A stretch of DNA of 64,000 nucleotides from a virus (lineage: Duplodnaviria > Caudoviricetes): IMG/VR virus record IMGVR_UViG_3300028797_002668, positions 32,001-96,000 of that record, one strand, 5' to 3'. Positions 20,246 through 29,648 of the stretch are shown here, piece after piece. Numbering within the stretch: the stretch's first letter is position 1; each line of letters opens with the position of its first letter. The translations under genes and the position numbers were made by a program. The notes under the pieces were generated by a model. It saw nothing but the letters and a program-made list of their open reading frames with translations. It was not told the DNA's origin and made no database searches.

Positions 20246-20656
20246 TTAGGCATTTTCAGCCGATTCTGCAGCCTTTTTCTTACGATACGCCTTCTTGGCA
20301 ATCATGAAGGAATCGCCAGCTTCCTCTCCAACAGAAATGCCATTGACCATGTCAGGCACAGTGTCGTTCTTCACAAAAGCTTGGTAAGCTTCTTCATGAA
20401 CCGTTTCCGGAAGCGGTTCCTCTGTCTTTTCTACGGAGGGTTGCGAGAACATTGTACCTAGATCAATATTTTCAAGATTCTTCAAGAAATCTTGATACTC
20501 GGCGCGGTACTTTGCAATCATTTCTTCGTTAACGCCGTTGAGGTCACCGGCACGGTTCTGTTCGGCAATCTTAGTTGCCATGTGTTGCCGGACCATTGCG
20601 TCCGTCTCTGGCGAGCTTTGCATCGTCTTGATGCTGGTAACTTTAAAGTTAATCAT
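20246..20656 (-). CDS. Hypothetical late protein
   Basis: 136-aa ORF with TATAAACT at 20697-20704. Confidence 0.75.
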   Translation of the reverse strand: MINFKVTSIKTMQSSPETDAMVRQHMATKIAEQNRAGDLNGVNEEMIAKYRAEYQDFLKNLENIDLGTMFSQPSVEKTEEPLPETVHEEAYQAFVKNDTVPDMVNGISVGEEAGDSFMIAKKAYRKKKAAESAENA

Positions 20657-20696
20657 TATTATTTCCGTTGTTATGGGTTTTATCCCGGTTACACCA

Positions 20697-20704
20697 AGTT
20701 TATA
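20697..20704 (-). promoter_or_regulatory. Late promoter TATAAACT
   Basis: agtttata overlapping the stop of 20700..20915. Confidence 0.6.
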
Positions 20705-20915
20705 TTCGCTTCCCCATTTTTATACTGACAAGAACCGGCGTATCAGCACCTCCGGTCAATTCTTTCTCGTATGTGATATCCTCAAGATAGGCTTCGAGCC
20801 GACTTTTGTACTTTACATTTCGATTATCTCCCACCGGAAGCGTCGGCATAGGCTGTTTGGCAGCTTCGATAGTTTCGCGACGTTTCTTTTCAAGTAAAAA
20901 ATCGATATCAAGCAT
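20700..20915 (-). CDS. Small hypothetical protein
   Basis: Start overlaps the gp15 stop (TAATG). Confidence 0.65.
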   Translation of the reverse strand: MLDIDFLLEKKRRETIEAAKQPMPTLPVGDNRNVKYKSRLEAYLEDITYEKELTGGADTPVLVSIKMGKRI

Positions 20916-22399
20916 TATGACACCTCATTTGTATGTAATGCAATCATTGTCTCGGAAAAGTTAGTCTTTACACCAAACGCACCATTCGTTCCATTGTTAT
21001 ATAGAACAAAATAAAATGAGTATATCGACGTGTTATCACAATTTATATACTCGCTCTCGAAACGCTTATACATTGATGTCGTATGGTAGGTAAAGTAGAG
21101 CTTACCATCGCTCATTCCCCAGTCGAACCAGACCGACCCTTTCGGAATCACAGTACCGTCAGAAAGCTCCACGTCGGTTGGATTATAAAGATACTGGAAA
21201 ACAGTGTCGCACTGTTGCTTAAACTGCAATGTAGCCTTGAAAGTGTATGATTCTTCTATTTTTCCATCCTTATTATCACCAAACCAGTTGAGAATATTCG
21301 ACCAGTCAGTTGCGGAATCATACCCACCAGGAGCATAGCTGCCATTTCCCGGTGGCATATCAGGAACAAATTCACGATTAGCGTCATTCACCGCTACAAA
21401 GTCACGACCCATACCACTATAGTCGACCTCATGTCCCGTATCTTCGTCAAATTTGAAATGAAGCAGATCGAACTCTGGCACTTCCACTGGACGAGCTACA
21501 TCCCCAACGATAACATCTTCCCAGCTGGAATCATTCGCGTTATACATCGTCAAGTCTAGTTCCTTCATGGTCATGTCTTTCCAATATTCTTCACCATGTT
21601 CGTCTACTCGACGAACCAATGTACGAGTGAACGTCTTCAATAGAGACCAACCATCACGGATAGACGGTTCAACCGTTTCCCACAAGTGCTTCTTTTGCTG
21701 CGCAATTTCGTCCGGATATACAAAGACTTGCAACGAATCTTGATACTCGTTGTTAACAATGAAATTCATCTGGGCATACTTGATAATAGCCGGTAGTTCA
21801 TACGGACGATGATATACAGCATAAGCTTCGACATTGTATGTTGTCTTGTATAATTGATACTCATTGCTCGTATCACCTTTTTCGTCGTCAATATTGTCAG
21901 TCCATGAAATCTTGAACGGTATAGGTCTTTCAATTTTAGGAGCGAAATCCCATTCCTTGATTCGCACCGTACGGTAAGTATTGAAATACGGTTCGATCTG
22001 TTCCTTCAAGAAAAAGAAGTCTGCCATATTATCAGAAAGAACCGTAAGCTCAAAATTTATTACCATCGGAGTAGGCTGGATATCCCGAACGAACTTCTCG
22101 ATGTCTTCAGACAATATCTCACGTGCGTATGTAGGCTGAACCATGTGAGTCTCATCATGCCGGTTCGAAATATATCGGAAACCAGCACAAGGCACCTTCA
22201 GAGGCTCTTGGCCAGTCGCCGTAGAAGAAACATAGTTGGCGAAGTCGTCGCTATTGTGAGTATACAGAGGAACCGCTACCGTACGGTTCTCCACAGTGCG
22301 GTTCTGGTCATTATAGCGTTTCACTCTCAAATTGTTGAAAACGTCCATAATGGCAATCATTACTTTCTCAATTTCGCGAACGTAGTATACCGGAGTCAT
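20915..22399 (-). CDS. gp15: Tail terminator/sheath stabiliser gp15-like with C-terminal LamG-like extension
   Basis: YYVREIEKVMIAIMDVFNNLRV, VAVPLY, PTPMVINFEL, EQIEPYF; extra ~200 aa beginning LLHFKFDE...DYSG. Confidence 0.75.
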   Translation of the reverse strand: MTPVYYVREIEKVMIAIMDVFNNLRVKRYNDQNRTVENRTVAVPLYTHNSDDFANYVSSTATGQEPLKVPCAGFRYISNRHDETHMVQPTYAREILSEDIEKFVRDIQPTPMVINFELTVLSDNMADFFFLKEQIEPYFNTYRTVRIKEWDFAPKIERPIPFKISWTDNIDDEKGDTSNEYQLYKTTYNVEAYAVYHRPYELPAIIKYAQMNFIVNNEYQDSLQVFVYPDEIAQQKKHLWETVEPSIRDGWSLLKTFTRTLVRRVDEHGEEYWKDMTMKELDLTMYNANDSSWEDVIVGDVARPVEVPEFDLLHFKFDEDTGHEVDYSGMGRDFVAVNDANREFVPDMPPGNGSYAPGGYDSATDWSNILNWFGDNKDGKIEESYTFKATLQFKQQCDTVFQYLYNPTDVELSDGTVIPKGSVWFDWGMSDGKLYFTYHTTSMYKRFESEYINCDNTSIYSFYFVLYNNGTNGAFGVKTNFSETMIALHTNEVS

Positions 22400-22416
22400 C
22401 TATACACCTCATTCGC

Positions 22417-22443
22417 AGTTTATCAAAACGAACCATATAAACT
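22417..22443. promoter_or_regulatory. Divergent pair of late promoters
   Basis: agtttatc 22417-22424 and tataaact 22436-22443. Confidence 0.7.
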
Positions 22444-22465
22444 GACTGTAAAGAGAGGTTATATT

Positions 22466-22777
22466 ATGACACCAGCAACCGACGAACAGAAGCTTTTCAT
22501 TTTCCGTCTCGGAAAACTAGCAACCGACGAAAACCGCGCCGTCATTGAAGGCGTTACCAAGGCGTTCGGCCTTATCAACAACATCGATACGACCTTGACG
22601 GAAGCAGAAGTTATCAAGTTCGACGCTATCAACTTTCTCGAAGCCCAGCGCGGTGATAGCGATCCCAAGGCGTTCCTCGAATCAGTGTCCGAAACAGTTT
22701 TAGCCAAAACCAAGCCAGCAGACTTCGGACAAGTCCGGAAAGCTCTAAACGAATACAGAAACTTCTTGTACCGATAA
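22466..22777 (+). CDS. Hypothetical late protein (103 aa, MTPATDEQ...)
   Basis: Start reassigned to ATG 22466, after the late promoter and gagg RBS; contains LTEA/FLEA/FLES motifs. Confidence 0.75.
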   Translation: MTPATDEQKLFIFRLGKLATDENRAVIEGVTKAFGLINNIDTTLTEAEVIKFDAINFLEAQRGDSDPKAFLESVSETVLAKTKPADFGQVRKALNEYRNFLYR

Positions 22778-22782
22778 ACAGA

Positions 22783-22806
22783 AAAGGCCGCCATACGGCG
22801 GCCTTT
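22783..22806. terminator. Bidirectional terminator
   Basis: aaaggccgcc-atac-ggcggccttt between convergent genes. Confidence 0.8.
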
Positions 22807-22825
22807 CTGCATTATACAGAACCTC

Positions 22826-23221
22826 CTATTCGATTGTAATCTTCTTCACTTCGTCTTCTGGCTTTTTGACCTTCGGAACCTTCACGGTAAGCACACCGTC
22901 GGAATACGTAAACTTGGCTTTATCGATGTCAAGCTTTGTAGCAAAGTAAGTTGCATACTTATATTCCTTTCCGTTAATCTTACGAGTAGCCTCGACCTTG
23001 ATATATTTTCCCTTGCGCTCGACGTCCAAAGATTCTTTAGGACATCCCGGAAGGTCAATTAGAACGGTCTCACCTTCAGCATCCGCATAACGGAACAAAC
23101 TGGGCTGATAGCTGTCGTCAGCAATCTTAGGCTTGTTATCCTCAGAAAGAGCACCAGCAATTTCACGCGAAAGTTCCTCAAAGGCACTACCGAAGGAAGG
23201 AAGAATCATTGTATTAAACAT
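22826..23221 (-). CDS. Small heat-shock protein (Hsp20/alpha-crystallin)
   Basis: IDLPGCPKESLDV...AKFTYSDGVLTVKVPK...KKITIE. Confidence 0.9.
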   Translation of the reverse strand: MFNTMILPSFGSAFEELSREIAGALSEDNKPKIADDSYQPSLFRYADAEGETVLIDLPGCPKESLDVERKGKYIKVEATRKINGKEYKYATYFATKLDIDKAKFTYSDGVLTVKVPKVKKPEDEVKKITIE

Positions 23222-23266
23222 TTTTTACCTCTTTGTTTAAAGTATAATTTGTTGTCGCCACACATA

Positions 23267-23283
23267 AGCAAAAAGCGTGCCAA
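23267..23283 (-). promoter_or_regulatory. Sigma54 (-24/-12) promoter TTGGCACGCTTTTTGCT
   Basis: Exact TGGCAC-N5-TTGCT consensus about 46 nt upstream of the hsp20 ATG, just after a terminator. Confidence 0.75.
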
Positions 23284-23291
23284 AACGGAGA

Positions 23292-23317
23292 AAGGCTGCG
23301 GTATTACCCGCAGCCTT
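23292..23317 (-). terminator. Intrinsic terminator
   Basis: aaggctgcgg-tattac-ccgcagcctt. Confidence 0.7.
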
Positions 23318-23352
23318 AACATATAGGAGGAAATTAATGAACAAAGAAATTC

Positions 23353-23829
23353 TTATCTAAGCTTAATCTGGTCTTTATAGTCTTCTTGAGTAATCGGTTC
23401 GTTTCCCCAAGCACTGGCCGTACTGCAGATCGTGTAGCGGTTCTTCAACAGGTTGATAATCTCGTCCTTGTCAAGGACTTCACGCTTTTCGGCCTCCTCA
23501 CGGTCTTCTTCGGCGCCTTTTCCGTTTGGTTTCTTCTGTATAGGGTATTCCATTCGGCGATAATTGAGGTCACCAAGCCCAGGAGTGTTGTTAATCGGGT
23601 CGTCTTCGACGAATTTTTCTTGTTCGGCGGCCAGACGGTCTTCCGTATGCCAGTAGTTCTGTTCGTAAGCACGCTTTACAAACTTCTCGGCCTTGCCGCT
23701 CTTGATGTCCCCAACGTCAGGCATCAAGCTCTGGGCTTGCACGAAGATGTCGTGACGCCAGTCAGGATGGGTATCGAAATTGTCGCCAACCATTCCAAGT
23801 ACATTGCCACTATTAATTTTCTGAGCCAT
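23353..23829 (-). CDS. Hypothetical late protein
   Basis: 158-aa ORF, gagg RBS, TATAAACT at 23857-23864. Confidence 0.75.
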   Translation of the reverse strand: MAQKINSGNVLGMVGDNFDTHPDWRHDIFVQAQSLMPDVGDIKSGKAEKFVKRAYEQNYWHTEDRLAAEQEKFVEDDPINNTPGLGDLNYRRMEYPIQKKPNGKGAEEDREEAEKREVLDKDEIINLLKNRYTICSTASAWGNEPITQEDYKDQIKLR

Positions 23830-23856
23830 ATCAAAGCCTCGGTGTAATCATAACCA

Positions 23857-23864
23857 AGTTTATA
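23857..23864 (-). promoter_or_regulatory. Late promoter TATAAACT
   Basis: agtttata upstream of 23829. Confidence 0.7.
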
Positions 23865-23919
23865 TGTTTTTGAAACACTCGATGCTTCAATATTTGACTT
23901 TCATAGTATCAATATGAGT

Positions 23920-23952
23920 CGCTACGAACTAGATTTTTCTAGTTTCGTAGCG
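23920..23952 (-). terminator. Stem-loop after gp55
   Basis: cgctacgaactaga-tttt-tctagtttcgtagcg. Confidence 0.55.
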
Positions 23953-23962
23953 GATTATAAGG

Positions 23963-24703
23963 CTATTTTTTCTCTTTTGACTTTTCGGATGCATGCTTCT
24001 TGTTCAGCTTTAGCTGGGCGGCACGCAACGCCGGGTCGCTTGCTACCATAGACGCGTCCACGCCTTCCTCGTTAACCTCGATATCCGGGTCAATCTTATT
24101 CAACGTGTTCACTGCCTTGTCCATGTCCGACGGGTTCAAGTCAAGCCCAATGTTACCACTAATTTCGGCCTTTTCGCGCTCGATCTCCTTCTGGACGACA
24201 CCAGCGTACTCGTCAATATTGAGGCACTCGTGATAAATATTCTCGTTAAGCGACGTGAACTTGATGTACTTCGACTTGATAGACATCGCCTTCTGTACTT
24301 GCATAAATGCACGAGACACTATCTGGCCAAGGTAATAATATGGGTCATTGTTCTTGGAATTCTTGGCCATTTTAACTGGGTCGAACGACTTGCAATATTT
24401 AAGCGCACAAAACTGTGCTCTCGCAAACATCTCCTCTTTCCAGTCATCCGTATACTTTCGCCAAGACTTCATGCCTTGTGTCTTCAATATTACAATCCGG
24501 ATTACAGTGGCTAATTCATCGCTGACTGGATATCCATTACCATACAATTGCACATTCCGTTTGTGCTCAAGCAACAATTTTGTCAAGTATTCAGCGTCAA
24601 TCTTGTCATACTTCATCGAGGCTTCGGTCTGTTTTCCGTTCTTGTCAAACACTGCCGGAGCTGCCGGACGAGTCTTGGGTCCGTTAATATTGTGATTCTT
24701 CAT
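23963..24703 (-). CDS. gp55: Late-transcription sigma factor gp55-like
   Basis: WRKYTDDWKEEM...LKYCKSFDP.K...DPYYYLGQIVSRAF matches the gp55 pattern YT..EM..LKY..FDP.K.NPFAYFTQI..AF. Confidence 0.8.
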   Translation of the reverse strand: MKNHNINGPKTRPAAPAVFDKNGKQTEASMKYDKIDAEYLTKLLLEHKRNVQLYGNGYPVSDELATVIRIVILKTQGMKSWRKYTDDWKEEMFARAQFCALKYCKSFDPVKMAKNSKNNDPYYYLGQIVSRAFMQVQKAMSIKSKYIKFTSLNENIYHECLNIDEYAGVVQKEIEREKAEISGNIGLDLNPSDMDKAVNTLNKIDPDIEVNEEGVDASMVASDPALRAAQLKLNKKHASEKSKEKK

Positions 24704-24728
24704 CGAAATCCCTTCGATAGCTTTAACC

Positions 24729-27362
24729 TTAAATTAGGTCTTTATATTTGTTATATTCAGCGCAAAACTCTTTTTTTGACATGACATTCTTGTAATAGTT
24801 GAAACCCCACACATGTCTCATTCCAGACATGTATCCTGGTGTCAACGGAGTACCCACCGCTTGTTCAGTCTTACTTGCATCGTCCATGTCATCGCATTTT
24901 AAGCGAAGTTCCCCATCGGTTCGACAAGCCAGTATACTCGTCGTGCACTTGATACGCCATAATGAATACAGCTTTTCGTCGTTGTCAAGTATAGAAGAAT
25001 ATCTAGTTCGCTCTTCACCAGTCGTCGGGTCTACTATAACTCCGTCCGGAAGATCCCACGTATCGTCGGTCATTGCGAACGAATTGATAAAGATGCGAGG
25101 TTCGCTAACTGGTTCAAACCGTGAGCAACCGTCAGGTATATCTTCTCCATTGCAGTCTGGCAAAATCGTTTCGGTATCGCCGGTCGCCAACACACCGCCA
25201 TTCACTGTAAACCAGTAATGCTCGTTCACATCGACAAGATGCTCCGCTGCCGCACCATTGACCCGCAAGTGGTATACATAGTATTCCATTCCGCTCATGT
25301 TAGTTCCCGAACCGATATACGCATAAAGATGCCATCCATCAATCTCATGACGCCAAAACTTTATTGTAAATCCATTCGTGTCGTTGCTATTCGTATAATC
25401 ATCAGACTTACGAATATTATAGAACTTCGGAATATCACACCATGCTGAACCGTCAGGTGCTTGTATACACTCGACCGCACAACAAGGAATATCTTGCTGG
25501 TTCTCCTTGTACAAAACACCATTTTTCTTTTCAAAACCAGCGTCCGTTCGTACGCAGTCTTCCTTTACTGGGTCACCCGGCGTACCAGACCTGATAGCAA
25601 TCAACTCATCGGCCTCACCGACTGTAATTGAATAATCGCTGATTTTTACTTGATGATCGTCGTTGTTCGGTACAAGCGACGCTCCAGAACAAAGAACCTT
25701 AACCTCGCGGCGCAAATGGTTCAAATAGCACGACGCATTGAGATAATAGTAGTCGATGTGGAATGTCTCACCGCATTTACAGAAGTCTATATCGTTTTGC
25801 ACTATAACAGAACGAGATAAGTCCAGCGTAGTACCATCATTAGCGTCGGGCTGACCCATGAATACCCAATCACCGCAAGTCACATACCATACACCGTTCT
25901 GTCCATCCTTCTGGTTATATAGCAATACCATATCACCAGGTTTCAGACGGTTCGAACATACGGTAAGACTTCCATATTTCTTCGGTACATCATCCGAGCA
26001 AACGTAATTAACGGTATCATACAACCGGACACCAAGGTCTATAATATACGTATCATCAACAACAGCCGGTGTCGGCTTATTATAACAGTCATCCGGGCAT
26101 ACATGAGTATCTGTCATCAAATTCCTTGGATCGGCGTAACCTTGCCAGTCACCTTTAGAAACTACCCACAATCCATCTTCGTCCGGATTGCCTTGATGAG
26201 TAAGCCATACAACATCACCTTCCCACAACTGTATGCCGTCAATATACCGTTCACCTTGCTTATGAACAAAGTTATGGTTTATCTTCATACGAACTTGCAC
26301 ATACTTGTACGTAGTGCAATCGCCGGAAACACGTACATAAAGTGTCTTTCCTAATACGCCACCAGACGGATTTGCCACTCCATTACCAAATTCATCCTCG
26401 TTGTCGTATACAAGCGACATATCGCTCGGCGCGAAACATACTCCAACACCGGTATATTTAGCCGGTGTTTTTTGAAGTTCGTTATAATTATCAGAATCGT
26501 ATTTATAACGTATAAGATACGACACTCCATAGCCAACTTGAGACGGATTGAATCCGATTTGCACACCGTATACACCACACATGTCCATGCCGTGACCGTC
26601 CACCGCCAACATACCTGGACTCAACAGAAAACTCGCCTCAGTACCGTCAGTATTGACCTTCACATCCTTCGAAGCAACCGTGTAAACTATATCACCTTGG
26701 GTTATGTATACGTCCATTCCCTTAGTAAAATTCTCACCATGCAACACTATCAATGAACTAGTATTTACACGCGTGGCCAAATTTTCCACATACTTTATAT
26801 ATGGTTGTCCATTCCAGTTTGCGTTCACACCGTTTACTAAATCGGATACTTTCAAATTAATTACACCAGTCTCCGTACGAGAACCGAACGCATCCCATCC
26901 TACCACACTGAACGACAATGGGATAGTCCTCACCTCACCATAGTAAGTCGGTCGAATCGCCGGTATATCTAGTTCCACGTTCATTATATGCCCATCCCCA
27001 TAGATACCGAGCATCTCGACATCTAATCCGGGATGAAATTCGAACACGTACTCATGAGCGTTCCCATCATTGCTGAAATTGACCCACTGTTTTGATGTAT
27101 TCTCTTGTTCGTAAAAATCACCTTCGCCGGTCTCAAGGTCAGCATAATAGTTCACTAGACCTATCCCACGAATATCCATCTGGATAACAACCGATGGTTC
27201 TGCACTATATACCATGAACGAATGTATGACACAACTGCGCCTAGCGAAACCAGTTACCGATATTCTAGATAAACTAAAACCATCCACCGGCATGATTTCT
27301 ATAGTAGTTATATCCTCAGAAAACGGTATTGCATAATTGCTCAAAGTAAGTGGAAGTGCCAT
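24729..27362 (-). CDS. Large Cys-rich structural protein (fibre/decoration type)
   Basis: Two copies of the phage IDG..L..GD.V....Q....NG.W.V..G.W module; IPT/Ig-like LHGENF segment. Confidence 0.55.
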   Translation of the reverse strand: MALPLTLSNYAIPFSEDITTIEIMPVDGFSLSRISVTGFARRSCVIHSFMVYSAEPSVVIQMDIRGIGLVNYYADLETGEGDFYEQENTSKQWVNFSNDGNAHEYVFEFHPGLDVEMLGIYGDGHIMNVELDIPAIRPTYYGEVRTIPLSFSVVGWDAFGSRTETGVINLKVSDLVNGVNANWNGQPYIKYVENLATRVNTSSLIVLHGENFTKGMDVYITQGDIVYTVASKDVKVNTDGTEASFLLSPGMLAVDGHGMDMCGVYGVQIGFNPSQVGYGVSYLIRYKYDSDNYNELQKTPAKYTGVGVCFAPSDMSLVYDNEDEFGNGVANPSGGVLGKTLYVRVSGDCTTYKYVQVRMKINHNFVHKQGERYIDGIQLWEGDVVWLTHQGNPDEDGLWVVSKGDWQGYADPRNLMTDTHVCPDDCYNKPTPAVVDDTYIIDLGVRLYDTVNYVCSDDVPKKYGSLTVCSNRLKPGDMVLLYNQKDGQNGVWYVTCGDWVFMGQPDANDGTTLDLSRSVIVQNDIDFCKCGETFHIDYYYLNASCYLNHLRREVKVLCSGASLVPNNDDHQVKISDYSITVGEADELIAIRSGTPGDPVKEDCVRTDAGFEKKNGVLYKENQQDIPCCAVECIQAPDGSAWCDIPKFYNIRKSDDYTNSNDTNGFTIKFWRHEIDGWHLYAYIGSGTNMSGMEYYVYHLRVNGAAAEHLVDVNEHYWFTVNGGVLATGDTETILPDCNGEDIPDGCSRFEPVSEPRIFINSFAMTDDTWDLPDGVIVDPTTGEERTRYSSILDNDEKLYSLWRIKCTTSILACRTDGELRLKCDDMDDASKTEQAVGTPLTPGYMSGMRHVWGFNYYKNVMSKKEFCAEYNKYKDLI

Positions 27363-27366
27363 TGTC

Positions 27367-27915
27367 TTAAACCAATCGTTGAACGGTGTCTCGGTAACTT
27401 ACAAGATATGGTAGCATACTTGTAGTCAACTTAGAATCTTTAAATCTAGCAGCTAAGTTTTGACGTTCTTTCGGCAACCATACTTCTGGACGTTGCATTG
27501 CGTTGATTACAGTCGTCAATATATCAACAAACTCTTGAACCGTTTCAGCCTTGTGCACTGAATCTTCATGCTTCTTCGCAACATCGTCTTGGATAGTCTC
27601 AACCATCGCTTCCATTTTTTCCAAATTGGACTCGGCATCAGCTTTTGTCGGACCCGCCTTGATTTTCTGGTTCAGTGCTTGATATTCGCGAACGTTCTTG
27701 TTATACGCCTCCATGAACTCACGAGAACCGTCATTCGGCTGTGCAACTTGCATCTGCGGATAGTAACCGTTCTGTACTTGCTGTACTGGTTGCTGGTAAT
27801 ACGGCTGTTGCGGAGCCATATTTGGATATGGTTGCTGATAAACCGGTTGCTGTTGTACTGGCTGCTGGATAGGCTGCTGACCTCTCGGTGCAAATGTAAA
27901 GTCTGTTGGTTGCAT
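27367..27915 (-). CDS. Hypothetical late protein with Q/P-rich N-terminus
   Basis: QQPIQQPVQQQPVYQQPY low-complexity region; late promoter at 27932. Confidence 0.75.
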   Translation of the reverse strand: MQPTDFTFAPRGQQPIQQPVQQQPVYQQPYPNMAPQQPYYQQPVQQVQNGYYPQMQVAQPNDGSREFMEAYNKNVREYQALNQKIKAGPTKADAESNLEKMEAMVETIQDDVAKKHEDSVHKAETVQEFVDILTTVINAMQRPEVWLPKERQNLAARFKDSKLTTSMLPYLVSYRDTVQRLV

Positions 27916-27931
27916 AAATCCTCTTTTCCGT

Positions 27932-27939
27932 AGTTTATA
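27932..27939 (-). promoter_or_regulatory. Late promoter TATAAACT
   Basis: agtttata upstream of 27915; appears to drive the operon that contains gp55. Confidence 0.65.
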
Positions 27940-27973
27940 ACGGAATACGATTCCATAGCCTAAATTAGTTCAA

Positions 27974-28003
27974 AAAGGGGTGTCCGCATCCGGACACCCC
28001 TTT
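27974..28003 (-). terminator. Intrinsic terminator
   Basis: aaaggggtgtccg-catc-cggacaccccttt. Confidence 0.8.
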
Positions 28004-28021
28004 CATAACAATATGCCGTTT

Positions 28022-28873
28022 TTAAGCGAATTTTCCGGTCCCGAAGCCAGCGAAATCCTTCAACTGAGCCATCGCCTCAGCCACGTCGCTATCGTCGTTG
28101 CAACAGCCGTCCAAAGCTTCGAGATTGACATTGCCAGTAGGCAAAGTGCTTCTCTGGGGCTGGAGACCACGACCAAGACTTTCGAAACGGCTCTCCATCT
28201 TGGCTGGCTTCGATGGTTTCGTTTCCATGTCCAGATCATGGTTGATTTCCTTCAAAGCGTTGGCCACATTGTTCATATTCAAATCGCCGTCACAATCTTG
28301 ATCAATGTCGAGCATGAACACGTCGTTGCTGTCGCCAGAAATGAATTTCGCAATAGATTCCTTCGTGATGTCACGTACATCCACCGTCGGTTTCATGAAC
28401 TGGTTAAGAACCTTCTGTACCTCGTCAGGCTTCATGCCGTTAACTTGGCTCAGTATAAAATTCTTCTTTTCAAGTTCATTCTCACGTTGCTTACTCTTGT
28501 TAAGCGCTTGATAAGCTTCCTTCAACTTTTGCTCATCAGCCTTCCGCTCGCGCTTCGCATCGGCAAGCTCTTCACTGAACGAGATACCAGCACTTTCCAA
28601 ACAAGACGACACAGCTTTCAATACCTTGTACATCTTGTCGTTAATTGCGTTGGTCTTGTACTTTTCTACGTTCTCGGCAACGGCTTCGCTAATCATCTTA
28701 TCGGCACGTTGCATAACGCACTCAAGCATCTTTTCTACTTGCTTGCGTTGCTTCGAACTGTCAGATTCGATTGCAGAAGCAAGTTCAGAACGGTACGCCG
28801 ATTCAATCTTCGCAACCATCTCCGGGGAAAGTTGCGCCATCTCGGCCTCTGTCAAAATCTTAGAGAGTTCCAT
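28022..28873 (-). CDS. gp22: Prohead core scaffold gp22-like
   Basis: Coiled-coil, E/K-rich, immediately after the gp21 homologue; LSPEMVAKIESAY N-terminus. Confidence 0.65.
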   Translation of the reverse strand: MELSKILTEAEMAQLSPEMVAKIESAYRSELASAIESDSSKQRKQVEKMLECVMQRADKMISEAVAENVEKYKTNAINDKMYKVLKAVSSCLESAGISFSEELADAKRERKADEQKLKEAYQALNKSKQRENELEKKNFILSQVNGMKPDEVQKVLNQFMKPTVDVRDITKESIAKFISGDSNDVFMLDIDQDCDGDLNMNNVANALKEINHDLDMETKPSKPAKMESRFESLGRGLQPQRSTLPTGNVNLEALDGCCNDDSDVAEAMAQLKDFAGFGTGKFA

Positions 28874-28877
28874 CTGC

Positions 28878-29648
28878 TTAAACTCCTTGACGCAATGCTG
28901 AAATTACTGCATTCTTGTTGTAAACGCCGTAGCATACCTCTATGTTGCCATAATCACGAGCGATAGCACGTCCATAACGACCCATCACGCTCTCTATAGA
29001 CTCGACTATCGGTCGAGGTGTGACGTTGGTGACTGACTCGGTAAGTGGCTTTGCCGTAGCGGAAACACTCTCCGTACGGCTATTGAATATGGCGTCTTGG
29101 CCGAAAGACGGGTTACCAACGACGTCAATAGTAATCATAGTGTAGTCGTCACCAATCTCCTCATGATCGCCAGCCGGTACAGTAGAACCGGCACCACGGA
29201 GCGAAAATCCAGGATGGTAACCGCCACGAATCAAGCCAGCAAGGGTCTTTCCAGCGGGGGTTTCCTCTAGAACGACCATTCGCACCATGAGCTTGTTTCC
29301 TTCCATATGGAGGTCTTCTATGAGAGCGCAGACCTTCTCCAAATTCATTTCGAAAATCGGATAATCCTTCGCGTCACCATTGACATCGAGACGCGGGTGG
29401 TTGAGTTCTGCGGCAAGACGACCGCGAGACACCATTTCAGTCATCAAGCGGTTCATTTCACGCTCGATAATTCGACGAGGATAGGAGCGGTTATTGATAC
29501 CCGGAATGTCGCAAACAATACCAATACCCTCTATGACAAGACGCTTTACGCCGACACCAAACTCGTCCGTACGGTCGAGCATCCGCGCCTTCACGCCTTC
29601 AAGAAAAATATCACCCACCAAATGCTTCATATCTGCACCCCTCACCAT
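28878..29648 (-). CDS. gp21: Prohead protease gp21-like
   Basis: NNRSYP, ELNHP (catalytic His), TPAGK, GFSLRGAGS (catalytic Ser), DVVGNPS. Confidence 0.92.
   Translation of the reverse strand: MVRGADMKHLVGDIFLEGVKARMLDRTDEFGVGVKRLVIEGIGIVCDIPGINNRSYPRRIIEREMNRLMTEMVSRGRLAAELNHPRLDVNGDAKDYPIFEMNLEKVCALIEDLHMEGNKLMVRMVVLEETPAGKTLAGLIRGGYHPGFSLRGAGSTVPAGDHEEIGDDYTMITIDVVGNPSFGQDAIFNSRTESVSATAKPLTESVTNVTPRPIVESIESVMGRYGRAIARDYGNIEVCYGVYNKNAVISALRQGV

Noticed and set aside
22145-22465. Upstream extensions given in the ORF track (starts at 22145, 29882, 35290, 38098 and 19642)
   Set aside because: They overlap neighbouring genes or span the late promoter; downstream ATGs fit the promoter and RBS context better
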